Origin: Utricularia gibba
Taxonomy: Eukaryota > Plantae > Magnoliophyta
Assembly (NCBI GenBank): GCA_002189035.1
Contig: NEEC01000207.1
Span: 1-24,213, forward strand
Direction of reading: 5' to 3'
Length of the DNA stretch: 24,213 bases
The position numbers were made by a program, and so were the translations under genes. The notes beneath the pieces were generated by a model that made no database searches, was not told the origin of the DNA, and was given only the letters and a program-made list of their open reading frames with translations. Shown here piece after piece: positions 1 to 12,700 of this stretch (within the stretch, counting starts at the first letter, position 1; each line of letters starts with the position of its first letter).

Positions 1-1586
1 TCTTGCATAACATGCAGATCCTTGCTCTTCATAGCACACGTTGGGAAGCCTTTTCGAGCTCCAAGTATTATAATTTGGAGTTACGTTTGTCCGATAACTG
101 TGGACATATTAAAAACAAGCCACAACGAAAAGTGTCTTAGGTGTCCTTTCTTGGTGGCTGCGTCTAAGAATGTGCTTCTCGTTCTCGACATTGATGCAAA
201 TGGGATACACGGCAAAAGAATCAAATAGCCACTAGAGACATGGTGTATGGGAATGGTGCATCAAGAATCAGAAGTATCATAGCAACTAATTGAATCAATC
301 AACAGCCAAAACATATGGTGTCAAACTTCATCGGATATGCGATCAAGATGGAAAAAAGTCACATGTTACATCATGAATTTCGTGGCATCACTTATCCAAC
401 ACTGTTATACACTCTGGATATGCGTAAATATTTATTTTTAATGAATCCGTGCACGTGTGATTTTTAGGATGCACCCCGAATGATGATGCGCAATGAAATG
501 ACTACGTCGCACATCCTGGTCCGCGAAGCACCTCTTGCATAACATGCAGATCCTTGCTCTTCATAGCACACTGTTGGGAAGCCCTTTCGAGCTCCAAGTA
601 TTATAATTTGGAGTTACGTTTGTCCGATAACTGTGGACATATTAAAAAAGGGCCACAACGAAAGGTGTCTCACGTGGCATTCCGTGGTGACTGCATTTAA
701 TAATGTGCTTCATGTTCTCGAAATTGATGCGAACAACATACAAGGCAAAAGAATCAAATAGCCACTAGAGACATGGTATACGGGAATGGTGCATCAAGAA
801 TCAGAAGTATCATAGCAACTAAATGCATCAACATATGGTGTCAGAATTCATCTACTATGCGATCAAGTTGGAAAAAAGTCACATGCTACATCATGAATTT
901 CGTGGCATCACTTATCCCAACACTGTTATACACTCTGGATATGCGTAAATATTTATTTTTAATGAATCCCGTGCACGTGTGATTTTTAGGATGCACCCCG
1001 AATGATGATGCGCAATGAAATGACTACGTCGCACATCCTGGTCCGCGAAGCACCTCTTGCATAACATGCAGATCCTTGCTCTTCATAGCACACTGTTGGG
1101 AAGCCCTTTTCGAGCTCCAAGTATTATAATTTGGAGTTACGTTTGTCCGATAACTGTGGACATATTAAAAACAAGCCACAACGAAAAGTGTCTTAGGTGT
1201 CCTTTCTTGGTGGCTGCGTCTAAGAATGTGCTTCTCGTTCTCGACATTGATGCAAATGGGATACACGGCAAAAGAATCAAATAGCCACTAGAGACATGGT
1301 GTATGGGAATGGTGCATCAAGAATCAGAAGTATCATAGCAACTAATTGAATCAATCAACAGCCAAAACATATGGTGTCAAACTTCATCGGATATGCGATC
1401 AAGATGGAAAAAAGTCACATGTTACATCATGAATTTCGTGGCATCACTTATCCCAACACTGTTATACTCAGGATATGCGTAAATATTTATTTTTAATGAA
1501 TCCGTGCACGTGTGATTTTTAGGATGCACCCCGAATGGTGATGCGCAATGAAATGACTACGTCGCACATCCTGGTCGCGAAACACC

Positions 1587-2109
1587 TCTTGCATAACATG
1601 CAGATCCTTGCTCTTCATAGCACACTGTTGGGAAGCCCTTTTCGAGCTCCAAGTATTATAATTTGGAGTTACGTTTGTCCGATAACTGTGGACATATTAA
1701 AAAAGGGCCACAACGAAAGGTGTCTCACGTGGCATTCCGTGGTGACTGCATTTAATAATGTGCTTCATGTTCTCGAAATTGATGCGAACAACATACAAGG
1801 CAAAAGAATCAAATAGCCACTAGAGACATGGTATACGGGAATGGTGCATCAAGAATCAGAAGTATCATAGCAACTAAATGCATCAACATATGGTGTCAGA
1901 ATTCATCTACTATGCGATCAAGTTGGAAAAAAGTCACATGCTACATCATGAATTTCGTGGCATCACTTATCCCAACACTGTTATACACTCTGGATATGCG
2001 TAAATATTTATTTTTAATGAATCCCGTGCACGTGTGATTTTTAGGATGCACCCCGAATGATGATGCGCAATGAAATGACTACGTCGCACATCCTGGTCCG
2101 CGAAGCACC
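1587..2109. repeat. Representative type-B monomer (523 bp)
   Basis: Intact B copies are 523 bp (e.g. 1587-2109, 2644-3166, 3702-4224, 4757-5279, 6868-7390, 13216-13738). Each carries a B-specific EcoRI site GAATTC (1899-1904 here). Confidence 0.95.
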
Positions 2110-2156
2110 TCTTGCATAACATGCAGATCCTTGCTCTTCATAGCACACTGTTGGGA
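1970..2156. repeat. Per-monomer inverted/direct repeat pair: TCCCAACA (1970-1977) and TGTTGGGA (2149-2156), each overlapping a direct repeat ACACTGTT (1975-1982, 2145-2152)
   Basis: Read directly from the sequence and present in essentially every monomer. The function is unknown. Confidence 0.8.
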
Positions 2157-2169
2157 AGCCCTTTTCGAG

Positions 2170-2217
2170 CTCCAAGTATTATAATTTGGAGTTACGTTTG
2201 TCCGATAACTGTGGACA
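2170..2217. other. Two adjacent short hairpins in the invariant block: CTCCAA-N10-TTGGAG (2170-2191) and TGTCC-N9-GGACA (2199-2217)
   Basis: Perfect 6-bp and 5-bp stems, extendable by G:T pairs, identical in A and B. These are sequence features only, with no evidence that they fold in vivo. Confidence 0.5.
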
Positions 2218-3166
2218 TATTAAAAACAAGCCACAACGAAAAGTGTCTTAGGTGTCCTTTCTTGGTGGCTGCGTCTAAGAATGTGCTTCTCGTTCTCGAC
2301 ATTGATGCAAATGGGATACACGGCAAAAGAATCAAATAGCCACTAGAGACATGGTGTATGGGAATGGTGCATCAAGAATCAGAAGTATCATAGCAACTAA
2401 TTGAATCAATCAACAGCCAAAACATATGGTGTCAAACTTCATCGGATATGCGATCAAGATGGAAAAAAGTCACATGTTACATCATGAATTTCGTGGCATC
2501 ACTTATCCCAACACTGTTATACACTCTGGATATGCGTAAATATTTATTTTTAATGAATCCGTGCACGTGTGATTTTTCGGATGCACCCGAATGATGATGC
2601 GCAATGAAATGACTACGTCGCACATCCTGGTCCGCGAAGCACCTCTTGCATAACATGCAGATCCTTGCTCTTCATAGCACACTGTTGGGAAGCCCTTTTC
2701 GAGCTCCAAGTATTATAATTTGGAGTTACGTTTGTCCGATAACTGTGGACATATTAAAAAAGGGCCACAACGAAAGGTGTCTCACGTGGCATTCCGTGGT
2801 GACTGCATTTAATAATGTGCTTCATGTTCTCGAAATTGATGCGAACAACATACAAGGCAAAAGAATCAAATAGCCACTAGAGACATGGTATACGGGAATG
2901 GTGCATCAAGAATCAGAAGTATCATAGCAACTAAATGCATCAACATATGGTGTCAGAATTCATCTACTATGCGATCAAGTTGGAAAAAAGTCACATGCTA
3001 CATCATGAATTTCGTGGCATCACTTATCCCAACACTGTTATACACTCTGGATATGCGTAAATATTTATTTTTAATGAATCCCGTGCACGTGTGATTTTTA
3101 GGATGCACCCCGAATGATGATGCGCAATGAAATGACTACGTCGCACATCCTGGTCCGCGAAGCACC

Positions 3167-3701
3167 TCTTGCATAACATGCAGATCCTTGCTCTTCATAG
3201 CACACTGTTGGGAAGCCCTTTTCGAGCTCCAAGTATTATAATTTGGAGTTACGTTTGTCCGATAACTGTGGACATATTAAAAACAAGCCACAACGAAAAG
3301 TGTCTTAGGTGTCCTTTCTTGGTGGCTGCGTCTAAGAATGTGCTTCTCGTTCTCGACATTGATGCAAATGGGATACACGGCAAAAGAATCAAATAGCCAC
3401 TAGAGACATGGTGTATGGGAATGGTGCATCAAGAATCAGAAGTATCATAGCAACTAATTGAATCAATCAACAGCCAAAACATATGGTGTCAAACTTCATC
3501 GGATATGCGATCAAGATGGAAAAAAGTCACATGTTACATCATGAATTTCGTGGCATCACTTATCCCAACACTGTTATACACTCTGGATATGCGTAAATAT
3601 TTATTTTTAATGAATCCGTGCACGTGTGATTTTTAGGATGCACCCCGAATGATGATGCGCAATGAAATGACTACGTCGCACATCCTGGTCCGCGAAGCAC
3701 C
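3167..3701. repeat. Representative type-A monomer (535 bp; copies 532-537 bp)
   Basis: Differs from B by about 34 substitutions, a 4-bp ATCA duplication and a 9-bp insertion (GCCAAAACA). It lacks the EcoRI site. The 3' tail varies among copies. Confidence 0.95.
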
Positions 3702-6700
3702 TCTTGCATAACATGCAGATCCTTGCTCTTCATAGCACACTGTTGGGAAGCCCTTTTCGAGCTCCAAGTATTATAATTTGGAGTTACGTTTGTCCGATAA
3801 CTGTGGACATATTAAAAAAGGGCCACAACGAAAGGTGTCTCACGTGGCATTCCGTGGTGACTGCATTTAATAATGTGCTTCATGTTCTCGAAATTGATGC
3901 GAACAACATACAAGGCAAAAGAATCAAATAGCCACTAGAGACATGGTATACGGGAATGGTGCATCAAGAATCAGAAGTATCATAGCAACTAAATGCATCA
4001 ACATATGGTGTCAGAATTCATCTACTATGCGATCAAGTTGGAAAAAAGTCACATGCTACATCATGAATTTCGTGGCATCACTTATCCCAACACTGTTATA
4101 CACTCTGGATATGCGTAAATATTTATTTTTAATGAATCCCGTGCACGTGTGATTTTTAGGATGCACCCCGAATGATGATGCGCAATGAAATGACTACGTC
4201 GCACATCCTGGTCCGCGAAGCACCTCTTGCATAACATGCAGATCCTTGCTCTTCATAGCACACTGTTGGGAAGCCCTTTTCGAGCTCCAAGTATTATAAT
4301 TTGGAGTTACGTTTGTCCGATAACTGTGGACATATTAAAAACAAGCCACAACGAAAAGTGTCTTAGGTGTCCTTTCTTGGTGGCTGCGTCTAAGAATGTG
4401 CTTCTCGTTCTCGACATTGATGCAAATGGGATACACGGCAAAAGAATCAAATAGCCACTAGAGACATGGTGTATGGGAATGGTGCATCAAGAATCAGAAG
4501 TATCATAGCAACTAATTGAATCAATCAACAGCCAAAACATATGGTGTCAAACTTCATCGGATATGCGATCAAGATGGAAAAAAGTCACATGTTACATCAT
4601 GAATTTCGTGGCATCACTTATCCCAACACTGTTATATACTCAGGATATGCGTAAATATTTATTTTTAACAATCCGTGCACGTGTGATTTTTCGGATGCAC
4701 CCGAATGGTGATGCGCAATGAAATGACTACGTCGCACATCCTGGTCCGCGAACACCTCTTGCATAACATGCAGATCCTTGCTCTTCATAGCACACTGTTG
4801 GGAAGCCCTTTTCGAGCTCCAAGTATTATAATTTGGAGTTACGTTTGTCCGATAACTGTGGACATATTAAAAAAGGGCCACAACGAAAGGTGTCTCACGT
4901 GGCATTCCGTGGTGACTGCATTTAATAATGTGCTTCATGTTCTCGAAATTGATGCGAACAACATACAAGGCAAAAGAATCAAATAGCCACTAGAGACATG
5001 GTATACGGGAATGGTGCATCAAGAATCAGAAGTATCATAGCAACTAAATGCATCAACATATGGTGTCAGAATTCATCTACTATGCGATCAAGTTGGAAAA
5101 AAGTCACATGCTACATCATGAATTTCGTGGCATCACTTATCCCAACACTGTTATACACTCTGGATATGCGTAAATATTTATTTTTAATGAATCCCGTGCA
5201 CGTGTGATTTTTAGGATGCACCCCGAATGATGATGCGCAATGAAATGACTACGTCGCACATCCTGGTCCGCGAAGCACCTCTTGCATAACATGCAGATCC
5301 TTGCTCTTCATAGCACACTGTTGGGAAGCCCTTTTCGAGCTCCAAGTATTATAATTTGGAGTTACGTTTGTCCGATAACTGTGGACATATTAAAAACAAG
5401 CCACAACGAAAAGTGTCTTAGGTGTCCTTTCTTGGTGGCTGCGTCTAAGAATGTGCTTCTCGTTCTCGACATTGATGCAAATGGGATACACGGCAAAAGA
5501 ATCAAATAGCCACTAGAGACATGGTGTATGGGAATGGTGCATCAAGAATCAGAAGTATCATAGCAACTAATTGAATCAATCAACAGCCAAAACATATGGT
5601 GTCAAACTTCATCGGATATGCGATCAAGATGGAAAAAAGTCACATGTTACATCATGAATTTCGTGGCATCACTTATCCCAACACTGTTATACACTCTGGA
5701 TATGCGTAAATATTTATTTTTAATGAATCCGTGCACGTGTGATTTTTCGGATGCACCCGAATGATGATGCGCAATGAAATGACTACGTCGCACATCCTGG
5801 TCGCGAAGCACCTCTTGCATAACATGCAGATCCTTGCTCTTCATAGCACACTGTTGGGAAGCCCTTTCGAGCTCCAAGTATTATAATTTGGAGTTACGTT
5901 TGTCCGATAACTGTGGACATATTAAAAAAGGGCCACAACGAAAGGTGTCTCACGTGGCATTCCGTGGTGACTGCATTTAATAATGTGCTTCATGTTCTCG
6001 AAATTGATGCGAACAACATACAAGGCAAAAGAATCAAATAGCCACTAGAGACATGGTATACGGGAATGGTGCATCAAGAATCAGAAGTATCATAGCAACT
6101 AAATGCATCAACATATGGTGTCAGAATTCATCTACTATGCGATCAAGTTGGAAAAAAGTCACATGCTACATCATGAATTTCGTGGCATCACTTATCCCAA
6201 CACTGTTATACACTCTGGATATGCGTAAATATTTATTTTTAATGAATCCCGTGCACGTGTGATTTTTAGGATGCACCCCGAATGATGATGCGCAATGAAA
6301 TGACTACGTCGCACATCCTGGTCCGCGAAGCACCTCTTGCATAACATGCAGATCCTTGCTCTTCATAGCACACTGTTGGGAAGCCCTTTTCGAGCTCCAA
6401 GTATTATAATTTGGAGTTACGTTTGTCCGATAACTGTGGACATATTAAAAACAAGCCACAACGAAAAGTGTCTTAGGTGTCCTTTCTTGGTGGCTGCGTC
6501 TAAGAATGTGCTTCTCGTTCTCGACATTGATGCAAATGGGATACACGGCAAAAGAATCAAATAGCCACTAGAGACATGGTGTATGGGAATGGTGCATCAA
6601 GAATCAGAAGTATCATAGCAACTAATTGAATCAATCAACAGCCAAAACATATGGTGTCAAACTTCATCGGATATGCGATCAAGATGGAAAAAAGTCACAT

Positions 6701-9700
6701 GTTACATCATGAATTTCGTGGCATCACTTATCCCAACACTGTTGTATACTCAGGATATGCGTAAATATTTATTTTTAACAATCCGTGCACGTGTGATTTT
6801 TAGGCTGCATCCCGAATGTGATGCGCAATGAAATGACTACGTCGCACATCCTGGTCCGCGAAGCACCTCTTGCATAACATGCAGATCCTTGCTCTTCATA
6901 GCACACTGTTGGGAAGCCCTTTTCGAGCTCCAAGTATTATAATTTGGAGTTACGTTTGTCCGATAACTGTGGACATATTAAAAAAGGGCCACAACGAAAG
7001 GTGTCTCACGTGGCATTCCGTGGTGACTGCATTTAATAATGTGCTTCATGTTCTCGAAATTGATGCGAACAACATACAAGGCAAAAGAATCAAATAGCCA
7101 CTAGAGACATGGTATACGGGAATGGTGCATCAAGAATCAGAAGTATCATAGCAACTAAATGCATCAACATATGGTGTCAGAATTCATCTACTATGCGATC
7201 AAGTTGGAAAAAAGTCACATGCTACATCATGAATTTCGTGGCATCACTTATCCCAACACTGTTATACACTCTGGATATGCGTAAATATTTATTTTTAATG
7301 AATCCCGTGCACGTGTGATTTTTAGGATGCACCCCGAATGATGATGCGCAATGAAATGACTACGTCGCACATCCTGGTCCGCGAAGCACCTCTTGCATAA
7401 CATGCAGATCCTTGCTCTTCATAGCACACTGTTGGGAAGCCCTTTTCGAGCTCCAAGTATTATAATTTGGAGTTACGTTTGTCCGATAACTGTGGACATA
7501 TTAAAAACAAGCCACAACGAAAAGTGTCTTAGGTGTCCTTTCTTGGTGGCTGCGTCTAAGAATGTGCTTCTCGTTCTCGACATTGATGCAAATGGGATAC
7601 ACGGCAAAAGAATCAAATAGCCACTAGAGACATGGTGTATGGGAATGGTGCATCAAGAATCAGAAGTATCATAGCAACTAATTGAATCAATCAACAGCCA
7701 AAACATATGGTGTCAAACTTCATCGGATATGCGATCAAGATGGAAAAAAGTCACATGTTACATCATGAATTTCGTGGCATCACTTATCCCAACACTGTTA
7801 TACACTCAGGATATGCGTAAATATTTATTTTTAACAATCCGTGCACGTGTGATTTTTAGGCTGCATCCCGAATGGTGATGCGCAATGAAATGACTACGTC
7901 GCACATCCTGGTCCGCGAAGCACCTCTTGCATAACATGCAGATCCTTGCTCTTCATAGCACACTGTTGGGAAGCCCTTTTCGAGCTCCAAGTATTATAAT
8001 TTGGAGTTACGTTTGTCCGATAACTGTGGACATATTAAAAAAGGGCCACAACGAAAGGTGTCTCACGTGGCATTCCGTGGTGACTGCATTTAATAATGTG
8101 CTTCATGTTCTCGAAATTGATGCGAACAACATACAAGGCAAAAGAATCAAATAGCCACTAGAGACATGGTATACGGGAATGGTGCATCAAGAATCAGAAG
8201 TATCATAGCAACTAAATGCATCAACATATGGTGTCAGAATTCATCTACTATGCGATCAAGTTGGAAAAAAGTCACATGCTACATCATGAATTTCGTGGCA
8301 TCACTTATCCCAACACTGTTATACACTCTGGATATGCGTAAATATTTATTTTTAATGAATCCCGTGCACGTGTGATTTTTAGGATGCACCCCGAATGATG
8401 ATGCGCAATGAAATGACTACGTCGCACATCCTGGTCCGCGAAGCACCTCTTGCATAACATGCAGATCCTTGCTCTTCATAGCACACTGTTGGGAAGCCCT
8501 TTTCGAGCTCCAAGTATTATAATTTGGAGTTACGTTTGTCCGATAACTGTGGACATATTAAAAACAAGCCACAACGAAAAGTGTCTTAGGTGTCCTTTCT
8601 TGGTGGCTGCGTCTAAGAATGTGCTTCTCGTTCTCGACATTGATGCAAATGGGATACACGGCAAAAGAATCAAATAGCCACTAGAGACATGGTGTATGGG
8701 AATGGTGCATCAAGAATCAGAAGTATCATAGCAACTAATTGAATCAATCAACAGCCAAAACATATGGTGTCAAACTTCATCGGATATGCGATCAAGATGG
8801 AAAAAAGTCACATGTTACATCATGAATTTCGTGGCATCACTTATCCCAACACTGTTGTATACTCAGGATATGCGTAAATATTTATTTTTAAAATCCGGTG
8901 CACGTGTGATTTTTCGGATGCATCCCGAATGGTGATGCGCAATGAAATGACTACGTCGCACATCCTGGTCCGCGAAGCACCTCTTGCATAACATGCAGAT
9001 CCTTGCTCTTCATAGCACACTGTTGGGAAGCCCTTTTCGAGCTCCAAGTATTATAATTTGGAGTTACGTTTGTCCGATAACTGTGGACATATTAAAAAAG
9101 GGCCACAACGAAAGGTGTCTCACGTGGCATTCCGTGGTGACTGCATTTAATAATGTGCTTCATGTTCTCGAAATTGATGCGAACAACATACAAGGCAAAA
9201 GAATCAAATAGCCACTAGAGACATGGTATACGGGAATGGTGCATCAAGAATCAGAAGTATCATAGCAACTAAATGCATCAACATATGGTGTCAGAATTCA
9301 TCTACTATGCGATCAAGTTGGAAAAAAGTCACATGCTACATCATGAATTTCGTGGCATCACTTATCCCAACACTGTTATACACTCTGGATATGCGTAAAT
9401 ATTTATTTTTAATGAATCCCGTGCACGTGTGATTTTTAGGATGCACCCCGAATGATGATGCGCAATGAAATGACTACGTCGCACATCCTGGTCCGCGAAG
9501 CACCTCTTGCATAACATGCAGATCCTTGCTCTTCATAGCACACTGTTGGGAAGCCCTTTTCGAGCTCCAAGTATTATAATTTGGAGTTACGTTTGTCCGA
9601 TAACTGTGGACATATTAAAAACAAGCCACAACGAAAAGTGTCTTAGGTGTCCTTTCTTGGTGGCTGCGTCTAAGAATGTGCTTCTCGTTCTCGACATTGA

Positions 9701-12700
9701 TGCAAATGGGATACACGGCAAAAGAATCAAATAGCCACTAGAGACATGGTGTATGGGAATGGTGCATCAAGAATCAGAAGTATCATAGCAACTAATTGAA
9801 TCAATCAACAGCCAAAACATATGGTGTCAAACTTCATCGGATATGCGATCAAGATGGAAAAAAGTCACATGTTACATCATGAATTTCGTGGCATCACTTA
9901 TCCCAACACTGTTGTATACTCAGGATATGCGTAAATATTTATTTTTAACAATCCGGTGCACGTGTGATTTTTCGGATGCATCCCGAATGGTGATGCGCAA
10001 TGAAATGACTACGTCGCACATCCTGGTCCGCGAAGCACCTCTTGCATAACATGCAGATCCTTGCTCTTCATAGCACACTGTTGGGAAGCCCTTTTCGAGC
10101 TCCAAGTATTATAATTTGGAGTTACGTTTGTCCGATAACTGTGGACATATTAAAAAAGGGCCACAACGAAAGGTGTCTCACGTGGCATTCCGTGGTGACT
10201 GCATTTAATAATGTGCTTCATGTTCTCGAAATTGATGCGAACAACATACAAGGCAAAAGAATCAAATAGCCACTAGAGACATGGTATACGGGAATGGTGC
10301 ATCAAGAATCAGAAGTATCATAGCAACTAAATGCATCAACATATGGTGTCAGAATTCATCTACTATGCGATCAAGTTGGAAAAAAGTCACATGCTACATC
10401 ATGAATTTCGTGGCATCACTTATCCCAACACTGTTATACACTCTGGATATGCGTAAATATTTATTTTTAATGAATCCCGTGCACGTGTGATTTTTAGGAT
10501 GCACCCCGAATGATGATGCGCAATGAAATGACTACGTCGCACATCCTGGTCCGCGAAGCACCTCTTGCATAACATGCAGATCCTTGCTCTTCATAGCACA
10601 CTGTTGGGAAGCCCTTTTCGAGCTCCAAGTATTATAATTTGGAGTTACGTTTGTCCGATAACTGTGGACATATTAAAAACAAGCCACAACGAAAAGTGTC
10701 TTAGGTGTCCTTTCTTGGTGGCTGCGTCTAAGAATGTGCTTCTCGTTCTCGACATTGATGCAAATGGGATACACGGCAAAAGAATCAAATAGCCACTAGA
10801 GACATGGTGTATGGGAATGGTGCATCAAGAATCAGAAGTATCATAGCAACTAATTGAATCAATCAACAGCCAAAACATATGGTGTCAAACTTCATCGGAT
10901 ATGCGATCAAGATGGAAAAAAGTCACATGTTACATCATGAATTTCGTGGCATCACTTATCCCAACACTGTTGTATACTCAGGATATGCGTAAATATTTAT
11001 TTTTAACAAATCCGGTGCACGTGTGATTTTTCGGCTGCATCCCGAATGGTGATGCGCAATGAAATGACTACGTCGCACATCCTGGTCCGCGAAGCACCTC
11101 TTGCATAACATGCAGATCCTTGCTCTTCATAGCACACTGTTGGGAAGCCCTTTTCGAGCTCCAAGTATTATAATTTGGAGTTACGTTTGTCCGATAACTG
11201 TGGACATATTAAAAAAGGGCCACAACGAAAGGTGTCTCACGTGGCATTCCGTGGTGACTGCATTTAATAATGTGCTTCATGTTCTCGAAATTGATGCGAA
11301 CAACATACAAGGCAAAAGAATCAAATAGCCACTAGAGACATGGTATACGGGAATGGTGCATCAAGAATCAGAAGTATCATAGCAACTAAATGCATCAACA
11401 TATGGTGTCAGAATTCATCTACTATGCGATCAAGTTGGAAAAAAGTCACATGCTACATCATGAATTTCGTGGCATCACTTATCCCAACACTGTTATACAC
11501 TCTGGATATGCGTAAATATTTATTTTTAATGAATCCCGTGCACGTGTGATTTTTAGGATGCACCCCGAATGATGATGCGCAATGAAATGACTACGTCGCA
11601 CATCCTGGTCCGCGAAGCACCTCTTGCATAACATGCAGATCCTTGCTCTTCATAGCACACTGTTGGGAAGCCCTTTTCGAGCTCCAAGTATTATAATTTG
11701 GAGTTACGTTTGTCCGATAACTGTGGACATATTAAAAACAAGCCACAACGAAAAGTGTCTTAGGTGTCCTTTCTTGGTGGCTGCGTCTAAGAATGTGCTT
11801 CTCGTTCTCGACATTGATGCAAATGGGATACACGGCAAAAGAATCAAATAGCCACTAGAGACATGGTGTATGGGAATGGTGCATCAAGAATCAGAAGTAT
11901 CATAGCAACTAATTGAATCAATCAACAGCCAAAACATATGGTGTCAAACTTCATCGGATATGCGATCAAGATGGAAAAAAGTCACATGTTACATCATGAA
12001 TTTCGTGGCATCACTTATCCCAACACTGTTATACACTCTGGATATGCGTAAATATTTATTTTTAATGAATCCCGGTGCACGTGTGATTTTTAGGATGCAC
12101 CCCGAATGATGATGCGCAATGAAATGACTACGTCGCACATCCTGGTCCGCGAAGCACCTCTTGCATAACATGCAGATCCTTGCTCTTCATAGCACACTGT
12201 TGGGAAGCCCTTTTCGAGCTCCAAGTATTATAATTTGGAGTTACGTTTGTCCGATAACTGTGGACATATTAAAAAAGGGCCACAACGAAAGGTGTCTCAC
12301 GTGGCATTCCGTGGTGACTGCATTTAATAATGTGCTTCATGTTCTCGAAATTGATGCGAACAACATACAAGGCAAAAGAATCAAATAGCCACTAGAGACA
12401 TGGTATACGGGAATGGTGCATCAAGAATCAGAAGTATCATAGCAACTAAATGCATCAACATATGGTGTCAGAATTCATCTACTATGCGATCAAGTTGGAA
12501 AAAAGTCACATGCTACATCATGAATTTCGTGGCATCACTTATCCCAACACTGTTATACACTCTGGATATGCGTAAATATTTATTTTTAATGAATCCCGTG
12601 CACGTGTGATTTTTAGGATGCACCCCGAATGATGATGCGCAATGAAATGACTACGTCGCACATCCTGGTCCGCGAAGCACCTCTTGCATAACATGCAGAT

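Noticed and set aside
773-982. Repeated 69-aa ORF (MVYGNGASR...NPVHV)
   Set aside because: It is open only in B, and A has an early stop after IIATN. It has no homology that I recognise and simply follows the repeat.
1057-1284. Repeated 75-aa ORF (MHNMQILAL...GKRIK), open in both A and B
   Set aside because: It starts at TTG (first ATG at codon 4), has no recognisable domain and no RBS context. About 23 nucleotide differences give 15 amino-acid changes between A and B, so there is no sign of purifying selection. Staying open is plausible by chance.
1726-1733. G-box/ABRE-like CACGTGGC in B, CACGTG in all tails, and TATA-like TATTATAA
   Set aside because: These are short motifs expected by chance, with no downstream gene and no known host context.
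1626-2148. Intact tandem TRIM or LTR retroelement call
   Set aside because: The ends are LTR-like, but there is no tRNA primer-binding site after CA and no polypurine tract before TG on either strand. Kept only as an origin hypothesis in the findings.
2503-2709. Minus-strand ORFs (MELEKGFPTV... and similar)
   Set aside because: They appear and disappear with single-base indels in the variable A tail and are not conserved across copies.
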